Shown piece by piece: positions 1 to 11,475 of a DNA stretch of 64,000 nucleotides. The stretch spans positions 868,001-932,000 of the forward strand of contig JANJGN010000071.1 of assembly GCA_026770705.1 (NCBI GenBank), written 5' to 3'. Below the pieces are notes generated by a model. The model searched no databases, was not told where the DNA came from, and saw only the letters and a list, made by a program, of their open reading frames with translations. The stretch is from Isurus oxyrinchus. Taxonomy: Eukaryota. The position numbers were made by a program, and so were the translations under genes. Within the stretch, counting starts at the first letter, position 1; each line of letters starts with the position of its first letter.

Positions 1-210
1 CAGGCTTGGCCTGACAAGTGGCAAGTAACATTCATGCCACACAAGTGCCAGGCAATGACCATTTCCAACCAGAGAGAATATATCCATCTCCCCTTAATGT
101 CCAATAGCATCACCATTGCTGAATCCCACACTATCAACACTCTGGGGGTTACCAATGACTAGAAACTGAACTGGACTAGCCATATAAACACTGTGACTAT
201 AAGAGCAGGC
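1..210 (+). mobile_element. CR1-type LINE reverse transcriptase fragment
   Basis: Matches 45228-45437, which encodes QAWADKWQVTF...KCQAM (CR1 RT C-terminal region). Confidence 0.8.
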
Positions 211-644
211 GAGAAGCAATTAAAATGCCCTGACATTTCTGTACATTTTTATCAAATTAAATACCTACTCTAGTGAATAATTCCATTCTCCAAGGCACCA
301 CTTCCTGTTGTCACATGTCCTTCTGATTATTTAAATTCCTGTGTCATTGGTAATGGAACATTCCCATGTAAACATGTCACACTGTAATTACAGCCTCCTA
401 CCAGTGGTGGTGCTTTAGTGTCCTAGTTTTGCTTCTCAGAGACTGGAGGAGCTGGAAACGTTGTGTTTACAATATAAGTAACACTCAGGAGTGACCAGGG
501 GGATTCTTTTGGCCAAGTTTACGATGTTGCTAAGATACAATGGCCCCGTGGGATTTTTCCTACTGCGTTTACAAGGTTGAATTGAAGAGATTTTTGAAGT
601 GTCTGGCACAGTTTTATTAAGATCCCCTCACAACCAATCTGGTG

Positions 645-1160
645 TCACTGATTTCAGTTCTGGGTCCAGCAGCTTAGGAAGGATATATTGTCCTTGGAGG
701 GGCTGCTGTGCAGAGTCACCAGAACGATCCCGGGGCTGAAAGGGTTAAATCCCGAGGACAGGTTGCACAGACCAGGCTTGTGTTCCCTCGAGTCTCGAAG
801 ATTAAGGGGTGATCTAATCGAGGGGTTTAAGATGATTAAAGGCTTTGTTACGGGCAATAGAGAGAAACTATTTCCTCTGATGGGGTTGAGGTGAGGAGGG
901 TTCAGAACAAGGGGGCAGAACATTAACATTGGAGCCAGGCCGTTCAGGGGGTGATGTCAGGAAGCACTTCTTCACACAAAGCGGGGGTGGAAATCTGGAA
1001 CTCACTCCCCCAGAAAAAGCTGTCGAGACTGGGAGGGGTCAATTGTAAATTTCAAAACTGAGATTGGGAGATGTTTGTTGGGTCGGGGGGTTAAGGGTTA
1101 CAGAACCGAGGCGGGTGGATGGGGTTAAGATACAGATCGGACGTGATCCAATCAAATGTT
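645..1160 (+). mobile_element. CR1-like LINE 3' end (ORF2 C-terminus and 3' tail)
   Basis: ORF 688-894 RTIPGLKGL...RLHRPGLCSLESRRLRGDLIEGFKMIKG is the typical CR1 ORF2 C-terminal motif. Confidence 0.8.
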
Positions 1161-2229
1161 AGGACGGTGAGTCTCAGGGAGGCTGGCCCAACCCCAGACG
1201 CAGCCGTCTCTGTGACCTGCTTCAACCCTGTGAGTCAGCAATGACAACATGAGTTGATGTTAGCCTGATATGTAGTGCATGGAGGGATATTACTCTCCAG
1301 GGTGTGTGTGCATCACAGTGCTCATTCACATGTGTTCCATGTGCACCTACATCAGCTGTGTAGACATACAAGCCTCAATGCTGCATCCGGGGAATGTGCC
1401 ATGTCTCACACCTTAGCTGCAGCACGACCCTTCCCTTGGAGCTCTGTGTGCTCGAGACATATTTTGTTATTTTTTCCTGCCGTCTCTGTGTCCCCCGACC
1501 CGGGAGTGAAAATCCGGCCTTAACTTCCACTTTCTAGTGTCTGAGACAAGAGGCAATGAGTGAGTGGGCTGACGGTCAGGATTAATGCTGTTAATCTGTG
1601 TTTGAGGGGCTGTGAATTCTCGGGGGACTAGTTACTCTCTGAGCTGCAGCTTCCAAATCCTTATTTGATGCCGTGCATGTGGGGTTGGAAGATTTTTTTT
1701 AAAACCACAGGCAGTTCACAGAAACCCACAGGAAACCCACAGAGAGACAGTCACTGGGATACACACTCACTCCTTGTGGTTTCACCTTTTAACCACATCC
1801 TGTCTGTGTGGCTTAAATGTTAAACACAGTGGCCAGACTCAAGGAGGTTTCACTCTGTNNNNNNNNNNNNNNNNNNNNNNNNNNNNNNNNNNNNNNNNNN
1901 NNNNNNNNNNNNNNNNNNNNNNNNNNNNNNNNNNNNNNNNNNNNNNNNNNNNNNNNNNNNNNNNNNNNNNNNNNNNNNNNNNNNNNNNNNNNNNNNNNNN
2001 NNNNNNNNNNNNNNNNNNNNNNNNNNNNNNNNNNNNNNNNNNNNNNNNNNNNNNNNNNNNNNNNNNNNNNNNNNNNNNNNNNNNNNNNNNNNNNNNNNNN
2101 NNNNNNNNNNCAGACAGACACAAACACACACATTCACACACACACACACATTCACTCACACACACACATTCACTCACACACTCACTCACACAAACACACA
2201 CACACACAAAGACAATATCCCAATGACAA

Positions 2230-2990
2230 CAAACTGCGATTAAGAGCTTCCTACAACTTAACTAAGAGACCAAAGACATATTGAACTGTCTAAAAGCGAC
2301 CTGTTTTTCAAAGAAATACAAGATTGTACACAGATCAAAAATGGCTGACACAAGTCACCTGATTGCTGATACTGTGAAGTTGATCACTTCTCTGGAAAGG
2401 TTCAAATGAATTGCACTGCAGACCTGTTGCATGGAAGTTCACGCCTGGGGTGTGTCAGGGTCCACTTCAAATAGAGACACTCTTAAAAGGAAGGCATTAC
2501 AATGTAAAGTGCTGGACTTTGATCAGCTGTAGTTCAATCAAAACATTGGGAACTGCTCACCAAGCGGATAATCATCAACCATTCAAAACCCCCTGTGGAG
2601 GATACAATACCCCCGTCTCCTGTTGACTTATATCTTGAAATGCATCAAAGGTTTCAGAGATGCAAAGATAAAAAAATGGGAATACTTGGTCTATAACAAT
2701 GAATGCAAAACATGCTGATCGAATTGACTTCAGGGATATACAGACAGGAGTTTAACAAATGGTTCTGCCAAGCAGATATAAGAGAAAGGAGGGGAAAAAG
2801 AAATATGGCAGTCTTCCACAAACACTGCTGGAAAAGAGCAGAAATGATTTCTCCCTCTCTCTCTCTCTGTCTGAAGCTAACAGAATGTCTTCAACAATGT
2901 GCAAGTCTGAGCCAGATAAAATACAGGAATCTACAGAAAACCAACTAATTTAAAACAGCTTCAAACTTCACAGCCTACGCTGTAGTTCAA
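2230..2990. repeat. ~750-bp unclassified interspersed repeat; other copies at ~47755-48550 and ~50533-51170
   Basis: Direct similarity by eye (e.g. aaaatggctgacacaagtcacctgattgctgatactg; gcaaaacatgctgatcgaatt). Confidence 0.7.
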
Positions 2991-3185
2991 GCAAACAACT
3001 CTTTTAATTTTTTATTGGACTCTATAATTATNNNNNNNNNNNNNNNNNNNNNNNNNNNNNNNNNNNNNNNNNNNNNNNNNNNNNNNNNNNNNNNNNNNNN
3101 NNNNNNNNNNNNNNNNNNNNNNNNNNNNNNNNNNNNNNNNNNNNNNNNNNNNNNNNNNNNNNNNNNNNNNNNNNNNNNNNNNNNN

Positions 3186-3430
3186 CAGCATTCCCTCAGT
3201 GCCCACCCTCTGACAGTGCAGCACTCCCTGAGCATTGACCCTTTGAGAGTGCAGCACTCCTTCAGTATTGACCCTCTGGGAGTGCAGCACTCCCTCAGTA
3301 CCGACCCTCTGGAAGTGCAGCACTCCCTCAGTGCTAACCCTCCAACAGTGCAGCACTCTCTCAGTACTGACCCTCTGACAGTGCAGCACTCCCTCAGTAC
3401 TGACCCTCCAACAGTGCAGCACTCCCTCAC
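3186..3430. repeat. 33-bp SINE-derived minisatellite (cagtactgaccctccgacagtgcagcactccct)
   Basis: Tandem 33-bp units visible. Same unit at ~5492-5605, 15590-15840, 17848-18270, 20920-21205, 33120-33415, 42655-43240, 51775-51930 and 54035-54120. Confidence 0.9.
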
Positions 3431-3496
3431 TGGGAAGAGTCCGTCCGCATTTTAAGCTGAAACCTTGAGACGGTCTCAAAATCCCAACCTTCCATC

Positions 3497-4205
3497 TCAG
3501 AGAGAGAGAGTGCGTTTATGTGAGAGAGAGAGAAAATGTATGTGTGAGAGACTGAGAGTGTGTATGTGTGAGAGAGCAAAAGAGAGGTAGAGTTTGTGTG
3601 TGTGAGAGAGAGAGTGTGTGTGAGAGAAAGAGAACGTCTGTGAGAGTGAGAGAGAATTTATGTGTGAGAGAGAAAGATAGAGAGAATGTGCGTGTGAGAT
3701 AGTGTGTGTGCAAAAGAGAGTGTGTGTCTGTGAGAGAGTGTTTGTGTATGTGAGAGTGTGTGTGTGAGATCGTGTGTGTGTGTGTGTTTGAGAAAGAGGG
3801 TGTGTGTGTTTGAGAGAGGGAGTGTGCGAGAAAGAGATGGTGTGAGTGTTTGAGGGAGGGGGAGATTGTGTGTTTGAGACAGGGAGTGAGAGAGAACATG
3901 TGTGTGAGAGAGAGAGTGTGTGTGTATGTGTGTGTGTGAAAGAGAAAGTATTTGTGCAAAACAGTGTGTGTTTGAGAGTATGTGCGCATGTGTGAGTGTG
4001 TGTGTGTGTGTGTGCTAATGTTTGTGTCTGTGTGTGTGTGAGGGTTTGTGTGTGAGTGAGTTTGTGCATTGTGTGCGTGTGTGTGTGTGCATGTGTGTGC
4101 GTGAAAGAGTGTTTGTGCAAAAGAGTGTGTGTTTGAGAGTATGTGTGCATGTGTGAGTGTGTGTGTGTGCTAGTGTTTGTGTGTGCGTGTGTGTGTGCTT
4201 GTCTG
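3497..4205. repeat. Compound (GA)n/(GT)n microsatellite
   Basis: Low-complexity dinucleotide tract. Confidence 0.95.
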
Positions 4206-4862
4206 NNNNNNNNNNNNNNNNNNNNNNNNNNNNNNNNNNNNNNNNNNNNNNNNNNNNNNNNNNNNNNNNNNNNNNNNNNNNNNNNNNNNNNNNNNNNNNN
4301 NNNNNNNNNNNNNNNNNNNNNNNNNNNNNNNNNNNNNNNNNNNNNNNNNNNNNNNNACAGTTACACACGTTGCTAGGGACCACTTTTCCGCCTCTCTGTC
4401 AGACTGTGTGTATCTGACAGCAGGTCAGGCAGAAATAGTCCAGAATGTGCTGTGGTTTTGTAGCATTGAAACAACGACAGGAACTAAATGAGTGCTGCAC
4501 CAAATAAAGACATGGAGTTACCACACCAAAAAACCACGTGACTTCCCCAGTTTCACATCTCCCTCAAACACAGAAAAACTGGGTTAACACTGACCCTCCT
4601 CCCAGAGCCAGTTCACCTCGTGTCCGATGCAGTCAGGAGAGGAAGATCATCTCTCCTCCGATCCTGGTAAACTGAACATTTCCAGAATTAGATCAGCTCC
4701 CTGAAGTGTCTCCAGTTAGACATTCATCTGACAGGATTGACTCTACAACCCTGGGGACTCATTCTCCTGTAAGTAAAACACTTGCTGCTCCTGTCAAATC
4801 TCTTCTGTACAGCATGGTCTCTGGATGTCCCAGAACACTTTACAAGTGAGTTCACCCTTTTT

Positions 4863-5088
4863 TCGAAGTGTGGTTACTGTCGTAATGTAGGAAACGCAGC
4901 AGCCAATTAGCGCACAGCAAGCTCCCACAAACAGCAATGTGATCACCTGTTTTTGGTGATGTTGGTTGAGGGATAAATATTGGTCCCAGGACACCGGGGA
5001 GATCTCCCCCCTGCTCTTCCTCCAAATAGTGGCTGTGGGATCTTTCACACCCGCCCGAGAGGGCAGACGGGGGACTCGGTTTAGTGTC
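4863..5088 (-). mobile_element. Deu-domain SINE (SacSINE1/AmnSINE1-like); duplicate at ~53044-53269
   Basis: Reverse complement of the Deu central domain seen at 15850-16150 (aaagatcccacagccactatttggaggaagagcagggg...ccggtgtcctgggaccaatatttatccctc). Confidence 0.75.
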
Positions 5089-5664
5089 TAATATTGGACT
5101 AATCTCCAGGCGAGGTTGGCTGGATGGATTATTGACAAGGTCCATTCACCCTGTAAAGAGTTTCTCTGGTTTGAAATACCCGATCAAACATCGAGTTCTG
5201 TGTCTAAACCTTGTGTTGAAAAGACACCTTTCCAGCTCTTCACCTGCCATTAGCTTGTTGAGTCTTCACACGCTCCGTCTGTCTGTGACCAACCCCTCTT
5301 AGCTCATCCTTTCCTTGTCGTACATCGAGCTGTTCATCCTGACGGGTTCCCTCCTTCCCAGTAACACTCCATCTCCGACATCAAACTAACTCCCAACACG
5401 TTGATGAATTGTATGGATTCCAGCGTCAGTTGGTTCTGTCTGAGGCTGTTTCTCTGATCGGGGACCGAGCTGTTCTGAATGGACATTGTGTTCAGTACTG
5501 ATCCTCCGACAGTGCAGCACTCCCTCAGTACTTACCCTCTGACAGTGCAGCACGCCCTCAGTACTGATCCTCTGACAGTGCAGCACTCCCTCACCACTCC
5601 CTCACTGGGGAGAATCTACCTGGGTTTTGAGCTGAAATCATGAGCAGGTCTTAAAACATTCTGT

Positions 5665-6800
5665 ATCAGAGAGAGAGAGAGTGTCTGAGAGAGAGAGAGA
5701 GACAGAGAGACTATGTGAGAGAGAAAAAGAGATAGAGAGTGTGCATGTGTGAGGGAGAGTGTTTGTATATGAGAGAGAGAGTGTGCATGTGAGAATGTGT
5801 GAGAGAGAGTGTGTGGGAGAGAGAGTGTGTTTGTGACAGAGAGTGTGTGTGTGTGTGCGAGGGAGAGAAAGAGAGAGACAGCAGAAGATCGAGATGAAGA
5901 GAAATGTTAAATGTTTGAGAGAGAGAGAATGTGTGTGTCTGAGAGAGAGAGTGTGTGTGTGTGAGAGAGAGTGTGTGCTTGACAGAAAGAGAGATTGTGT
6001 TAGTTTTAGGGAAAGTGTGTGAGTGTGTGAGAGAGTGTTTGTGTCTGAGAGAGAGAATGTATTTGAGGGAGGGAGACAGAGAGAATGTGTGTGTGAGAGA
6101 GAGAGAGATAGAGCAGAAGAGTGTGATAGAGAGAGATTGTGAGTGTTAGAGAGAGAATGTGTGTGAGAGAGAGAGAGAGAGATAGAGCAGAAGAGTGTGA
6201 TAGAGAGAGATTGTGAGTGTTAGAGAGAGAATGTGTGTTTGTGAGAGAGAGAGATAGAGCAGAAGAGTGCGATAGAGAGAGATTGTGTTTGTTAGAGAGA
6301 GAATGTGTGTGTGTGAGAGAGAGATAGAGCAGAAGAGTGCGATAGAGAGAGATTGTGAATGTTAGAGAGAGAATGTGTGTGTGTGAGACAGAGAGAGATA
6401 GAGCAGAAAGAAGAGTGTGATAGAGAGAGATTGTGTTTGTTAGAGAGAGAATGTGTGTGTGTGAGAGAGAGAGAGATAGAGCAGAGGAGTGTGATAGAGA
6501 GAGATTGTGAGTGTTAGAGAGAGAATGTATGTTTGTGAGAGAGAGAGAGATAGAGCAGTAGAGTGTGATAGAGAGAGATTGTGAGTGTTAGAGAGAGAAT
6601 GTGTGTGTGTGAGAGAGAGAGAGAGAGCAGAAGAGTGTGATAGATAGAGATTGTGAGTGTTAGAGAGAGAATGTGTGTGTGTGAGAGAGAGATAGAGCAG
6701 AAGAGTGCGATAGAGAGAGATTGTGAGTGTTGGAGAGAGAATGTGTGTGAGAGAGAGAGAGAGATAGAGCAGAAGAGTGCGATAGATAGATATTGTGAGG
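5665..6800. repeat. GA/GT microsatellite with a higher-order ~65-72-bp repeat from ~6080
   Basis: Recurring gagatagagcagaagagtgtgatagagagagattgtgagtgttagagagagaatgtgtg unit. Confidence 0.9.
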
Positions 6801-7066
6801 ACTAAACTCACTGAGAGAAAAATCTGGACACCCAGCACAGGGAGTGAGGGAACAATGAATTTTTGCCGTGTTTGGTGAATCGGTTTGCGATGTCCCTTCT
6901 CAATCTCTCCTTCCTTGTCTTGACATTAGTTTATTCCCTGGGGCTGTTTAACTCACTGAAAGGTGCCATTTAACCACAAGTTGTTGTTGTTTGAGGAAGA
7001 AACGCTGGGGACAATTTATGAAAAAGTCTCTGTCTTTATCATTTCCATTTAGATGAGGAACTGAAG

Positions 7067-7112
7067 ATGGGAGAGGTCGGTCTGATATTGATCTTCATCA
7101 GCTTGCTGCAAG
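7067..7112 (+). pseudogene. Signal-peptide exon of a divergent Siglec-like gene (MGEVGLILIFISLLQ/G)
   Basis: Acceptor AG at 7051-7052, ATG 7067, hydrophobic run, phase-1 donor GT at 7113; ends SLLQ like the gene A leader. Confidence 0.75.
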
Positions 7113-7244
7113 GTACAAATTCATTACTGATCGGAACTCAGGGAATTGGATTCTTTCCTGGAGTGAGGAAGTGAACATTTAATTTTAGAGAACAGGGTTA
7201 GTGATCACACAGAGAGTGAGTGATTAGCGAGTCAGAGAATATAG

Positions 7245-7345
7245 CAAAAGCAAAAGCCTCATACGGACTCGAAACACCAACTCTGTTTCTCTCTCCACAG
7301 ATGCTGTCAGACCTGCTGAGTTTTTCCAGCATTTTCTGTTTGTGC
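7245..7345 (+). mobile_element. HE1/HER1-like SINE/LINE 3' tail (reverse copy at ~31697-31830)
   Basis: aactctgtttctctctccacagatgctgtcagacctgctgagtttttccagcattttctgttt, recognised as the shark HE1/HER1-type tail. Confidence 0.65.
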
Positions 7346-7429
7346 ATCAGAGAGCTTGTTTCAATAGGAATGACAGTGCATTTATATAGCACCTTTAATG
7401 CAGTAAAACATCCTTATTGCTTCACAGGA

Positions 7430-7900
7430 TTCCCCCACAAGGGGTAACATCCCCTCAGCATCGACCCTGTCAAACCCCCCACCACCTCAGAATCTTATAT
7501 GTTTCAATAAGATCACCTCTCATTCTTCTAAACTCCAATGGATACAGGGCCCAACCTGCTCAACATTTCCTCATAAGACAAACCCCCTTCATCCCAGGAA
7601 TCAGCCCAGTGATCCTCCTCTGAGCTGCCTCCAATGCAGAGTCTATCCCTCCCTAAGTAAGGAGACCAGAACTCTACACACTGCTCCTGATACAATCTCA
7701 CCAACGCCCTGTACAGTTGTAGCAAGATTCCCCTCCTTTTATACTCCATCCCTTTGCAATAAAGGCCAACATTCCACTTGCCTTCCTCATTCCGTGCTGT
7801 TCCTGAATGCTGACTTTCTGTGATTCATGTACAAGGACACCCAGATCCCTCTGTACCGCATTCTGCTGCCTCTCTCCATTGAAGTAATATTCTGCTTTTT
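7430..7900 (-). mobile_element. CR1-like LINE 3' fragment
   Basis: Minus ORF 7528-7749 EYKRRGILLQLYRALVR...EFWSPYL...LSYEEMLSRLG. Confidence 0.8.
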
Positions 7901-7932
7901 GATGTCCTGTCTCTTCCCTTGTTGCCTTTCAG

Positions 7933-8223
7933 GAGTGACGTCAGAGGGATGGTCTATGAAGGCGCTGCCTCGGAGGGCCATCAGCAGCTCTTGTGTGGTT
8001 ATTCCGTGTAGCTTTGACTTTCCTTCCCACTCTTACACAGCACTGCACGGAGCTTGGTATAAATATTGGTATAGATGGAAATATACCATCACATACACCA
8101 AAGATCCCAATTATGGGATGGCCACATTCGTGGGACGTGCTAAAATAATCAGTGACTTGGAAGGGAAGAATTGTTCAGTGAGGATTGACAGTCTCAGAGC
8201 TGAAGACAGTGACGTGTATTACA
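7933..8223 (+). pseudogene. Truncated Siglec V-set exon (divergent subfamily)
   Basis: Acceptor tttcAG at 7931-7932, phase 1. Encodes GVTSEGW...CVVIPCSFDFP...HGAWY...GRAKIISDLEGKNCSVRIDSLRAEDSDVYY, then runs into TE sequence and TAA at 8232-8234; no F-strand Arg, G strand or donor. Confidence 0.85.
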
Positions 8224-8621
8224 CCCAATTCTAAATCTTTTCACCAATTAGTCGTCCTCATGAAGATGTGTTTTCAGCTGATGCCGTGGGTAATAATGCA
8301 CAGGTTTAAGTTTAACTCCAGAGTAAGGGCCCCGGGAGAGTCCATCGCAACCTATACAGTGAAGTGGAAGCAGGTGACTGAGCACTGGGACCTCGGAGAC
8401 ACACTCAATGACATGTTGCGGGGCCGATTGGTTTGTGTCGTTCACCCCAACGCCATTCAGAGCCGTTTACTCGCAGAAGCCGACATCGATTTGAAGCGCA
8501 CCATGGAAATAGCGCCAGGCATGGAAAGTGCTGGGAGAGACTGGCGGGATTTACAGGATGTACAACATGGCACCAGTCCTCAGCTGGGACAGGAACCAAC
8601 CACCGGGCGTGAGGCTCAGAC

Positions 8622-8654
<33 letters not shown>

Positions 8655-9300
8655 CCGCCAAGCGAGAGACAGTCTCTGCCGCTCCAGAAACTAAAAGGCT
8701 TCGTGGGAGTATTTCAGCAGCAACTCCGAAGTTGGCCTGTTCTCGATGTGGGGGGCATTGAGCTCGTACCGGACACCTGCAGGTTCAAGGGAGCAGAATG
8801 CCATCACTGCCACAAGAAAGGGGCGGGTAATAAAGCAATGCAGGGTGAAATCGAGACAGCCCATCAGACAGTGCACCAACATGATGGAAGTGAATAATAT
8901 CACAGAGCCTGAAGCTGCTGATACCGATGTCTATTCCCTGTCCAATGTCACAGTGGTAAAAACTGAACCTATAACCATCACAACCCAAGTGAATGGGCAG
9001 CCACTAGTAATGGGGCAGATACGGGAGCCTCAGACACAGTGGTGGAAGAGCCCACATTTAAACAGCTAAATGAAGGAACCCAGACGCTGAATTTAGAGCC
9101 AACAATGGATCAGCTGAAGACACACACTGGAGAATCCATACAGGGAAAGGACCTCATCCCAGTACCTGTGTCCTACAGGCAGCAGACAGCCCAGCTTCCA
9201 GTGATCATAGCGACAGGTGAGGGCCCTAGTCTTCTGGGCCGAGACTGGTTCCAGAAAACCAAGCTCAGCTGCTCTGAAATGTTTCACTGGAGGAGTTGCT
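8224..9300 (+). mobile_element. Degenerate Gypsy-type LTR retrotransposon gag/protease relic
   Basis: RFKFNSRVRAPGESIATY...LNDMLRGRLVC...IQSRLLAE (gag); CSRCGGH and CHHCHKKG zinc knuckles; VNGQPLVM..DTGASDTVV aspartic protease; GPSLLGRDW; frameshifted. Confidence 0.85.
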
Positions 9301-9589
9301 GAGTTGCTGGGGGAATATGAGAGTGTATCTCGGAATGAGTTTGAAGAATTGAAGCATCCTCACAGGCTGCAAGTGTCCCTCAGGTCAGAGTTGGTTCCAC
9401 TGGAAAATCCTGAAGAGAAAGAAAGCGAATTCTGTGCCGCTCTGAGCAAACTGAAGAAACAGTTGGCAGGGAAGACCCAACCATGTCCAATGTTCCAGGA
9501 GGAAGGCAAGAGATACAAGGAAGAGACTGAAGAGCTGAAGATTCAGCTGAATGAAACCAAAGAGGCAGTTACAGTATCACAACAATTTT

Positions 9590-9922
9590 ACAGAGCAGAA
9601 GGAGGCCATTCAGCCCGTCGAGCCTGTTACACAGGAACAGGAAGAGGCCCATTCAGCCCCCTCAAGACTGTTACACAGGAACAGGAGCAAGCCCATTCAG
9701 CCACTGATGTCTGTTACACAGGAACAGGAGGAGGCCCATTTAGCTCCTCAAGCCTGTTACACAGGAACTGGAGGAGGCCCATTCAGCCCCCTCGAGCCTG
9801 TTACACAGGAACTGGAGGAGGCCCATTCAGCCCCATTGAGCCTGTTACACAGAAAAAGGACGAGGCCCATTCAGCCACTGATGCCCGTTACACAGGAACA
9901 GGAGGAGGCCATTCAGCCCCTT
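9590..9922. repeat. ~43-bp minisatellite resembling a CR1 3' tail segment; shorter copy at ~54220-54360
   Basis: Tandem acacaggaacaggaggaggcccattcagcccctcgagcctgtt units; related to the LINE tail at ~60030-60065. Confidence 0.85.
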
Positions 9923-11149
9923 GTAGGGTGTGGTGGTGTGTGTCAGCTTCACCTGCGACTTCTGAGCCGTCTGAATCGCTCCCACTCCCTGGGTTCTAGA
10001 CCTTGGACTTATTCGGGGCTTGTCACAAAGTGCAGCAGACAACTGGTTTTGGTGCAAGACAAAAACTGAGTTTATTGAAGTCACAAATGAACTTCTAACA
10101 TTAGGATGACACTGAGATTATACAGACTTACAAAGTACACTGAGTTAAGAATAGGGAACACATGGCATAACGAGGGAGAATCACGCTACTAATGCCCTTA
10201 CCCTTGTCCCACCCCCCATCCCTAACTAAATTGCACTAGGAGAGGTCAGGGGTCACGCTCACCAACCCAGGGTTCCTCGACAGTTGGAAATCCAGCCAGG
10301 TAAGCCGGTTGCAGTTTTGGGGGACGCTCTTAGTGTCCTCTGGGGCCTGTCATCCCCACGTGGTCCTGGTCTGTGGAATCTGTGAAGGGTCTTCAGTTGG
10401 GTGGAGGGCGCGGTTGTGGGTGGTCGATCTTCATGGAGGGCAGCGGTTGTGGCCTTGTTGTCTTCGGTTGAGCCTGCCACCCCGTGCCCCTCACCGTGAT
10501 GTTGCCTGTGGGCCTGCAAACCTCCAGATCTCCTTGCTTAAACTCTGCTTCAGCCGCTCCCAACTGCTCACTGCCCTGTGTCAGCTTTCAACACTGCAAC
10601 CCTTCTGCTGGCTGGTTTCTCTCCCAACTGACTGCCCAGTTATACTGCCTTTCGAGTTTCTTATCGCAATCCAAATCAAGGTTCGTTCTTTGTATGTCTT
10701 TGGTGGGCTTCCCCAGGTGATTGATGTCTCGTTGTTGTTAATGGGCTCGCATGATGTTTATCATTGTCTTCCTGCCCAGTAACTAGTTTTGAACTGAAAG
10801 CCATTGTATGTGTGGAGTATTGATGGGTTCGCATAATTAAATTGCCGGCCTCAGAAGTTAGGAGCGATTATTGATGCAAGATTTAGATGGGCTTCAGTTG
10901 CGTGTGAAGTGAAGTCTTTCTCTGGGTTGATTGTATTAAAGGGAAGAATGCATATTCTGTCTCCTCTCGTTGTCTGGTTTCAGGCCAAACATTCCACACT
11001 GCTCTCAATAAGCCCGGACATGTGCAGCCCCAGGCCTTCATGGGCCCAGCCTCCTGTCTGCAGGGTTTTCCACTTAACTCAGCAGTTTAAAGGTGCAAAA
11101 GTGATATCCTTGTTGATGATATGGAAAATGTGGGAATTTTGAGAACCCT

Positions 11150-11475
11150 TCAAGGGATAGGGAGGGTTACAGGGGCTGGAGGAGGTTACAGGTATAGGGA
11201 GGGGTGTAGGGGTTGAAGGTGGTTACAGAGATGGGGAGGGTTGTGGGGGTTGGAGGTGGTTACAGATATAGGGAGGGTTGTGGGGGTTGGAGGAGGTTAC
11301 AGAGATGGGGAGGGTTGTGGGGGTTGGAGGTGGTTACAGATATAGGGAGGGGTGTAGGGGTTGAAGGTGGTTACAGAGATGGGGAGGATTGTAGAGGCAG
11401 GTGGAGGCTGCCTTAGGGAGGGTTGTAGGGGCTGGAGGAAAGGGAGAGAGAGAGGAGGTTACAGAAATAGGGAGG
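11150..11475. repeat. 37-bp minisatellite (reverse orientation of the 14110-15530 array)
   Basis: gggagggttgtgggggttggaggaggttacagagat units. Confidence 0.85.

Noticed and set aside
3497-4491. His/Thr- or Cys/Val-rich ORFs and ORFs running through X (also 1774-2284, 36643-37390, 39110-39533, 47253-47753)
   Set aside because: CA/GT microsatellite translations, or artefacts of N-runs lacking stop codons.
9217-10069. 260-aa and 172-aa ORFs with a coiled-coil-like stretch
   Set aside because: Chimeric: start in Gypsy sequence and end in the ~43-bp minisatellite; no recognisable family or exon structure.
10020-11100. Unique-looking GC-moderate segment with short ORFs on both strands
   Set aside because: Possibly a retroelement remnant, but no diagnostic motif recognised; left uncalled.
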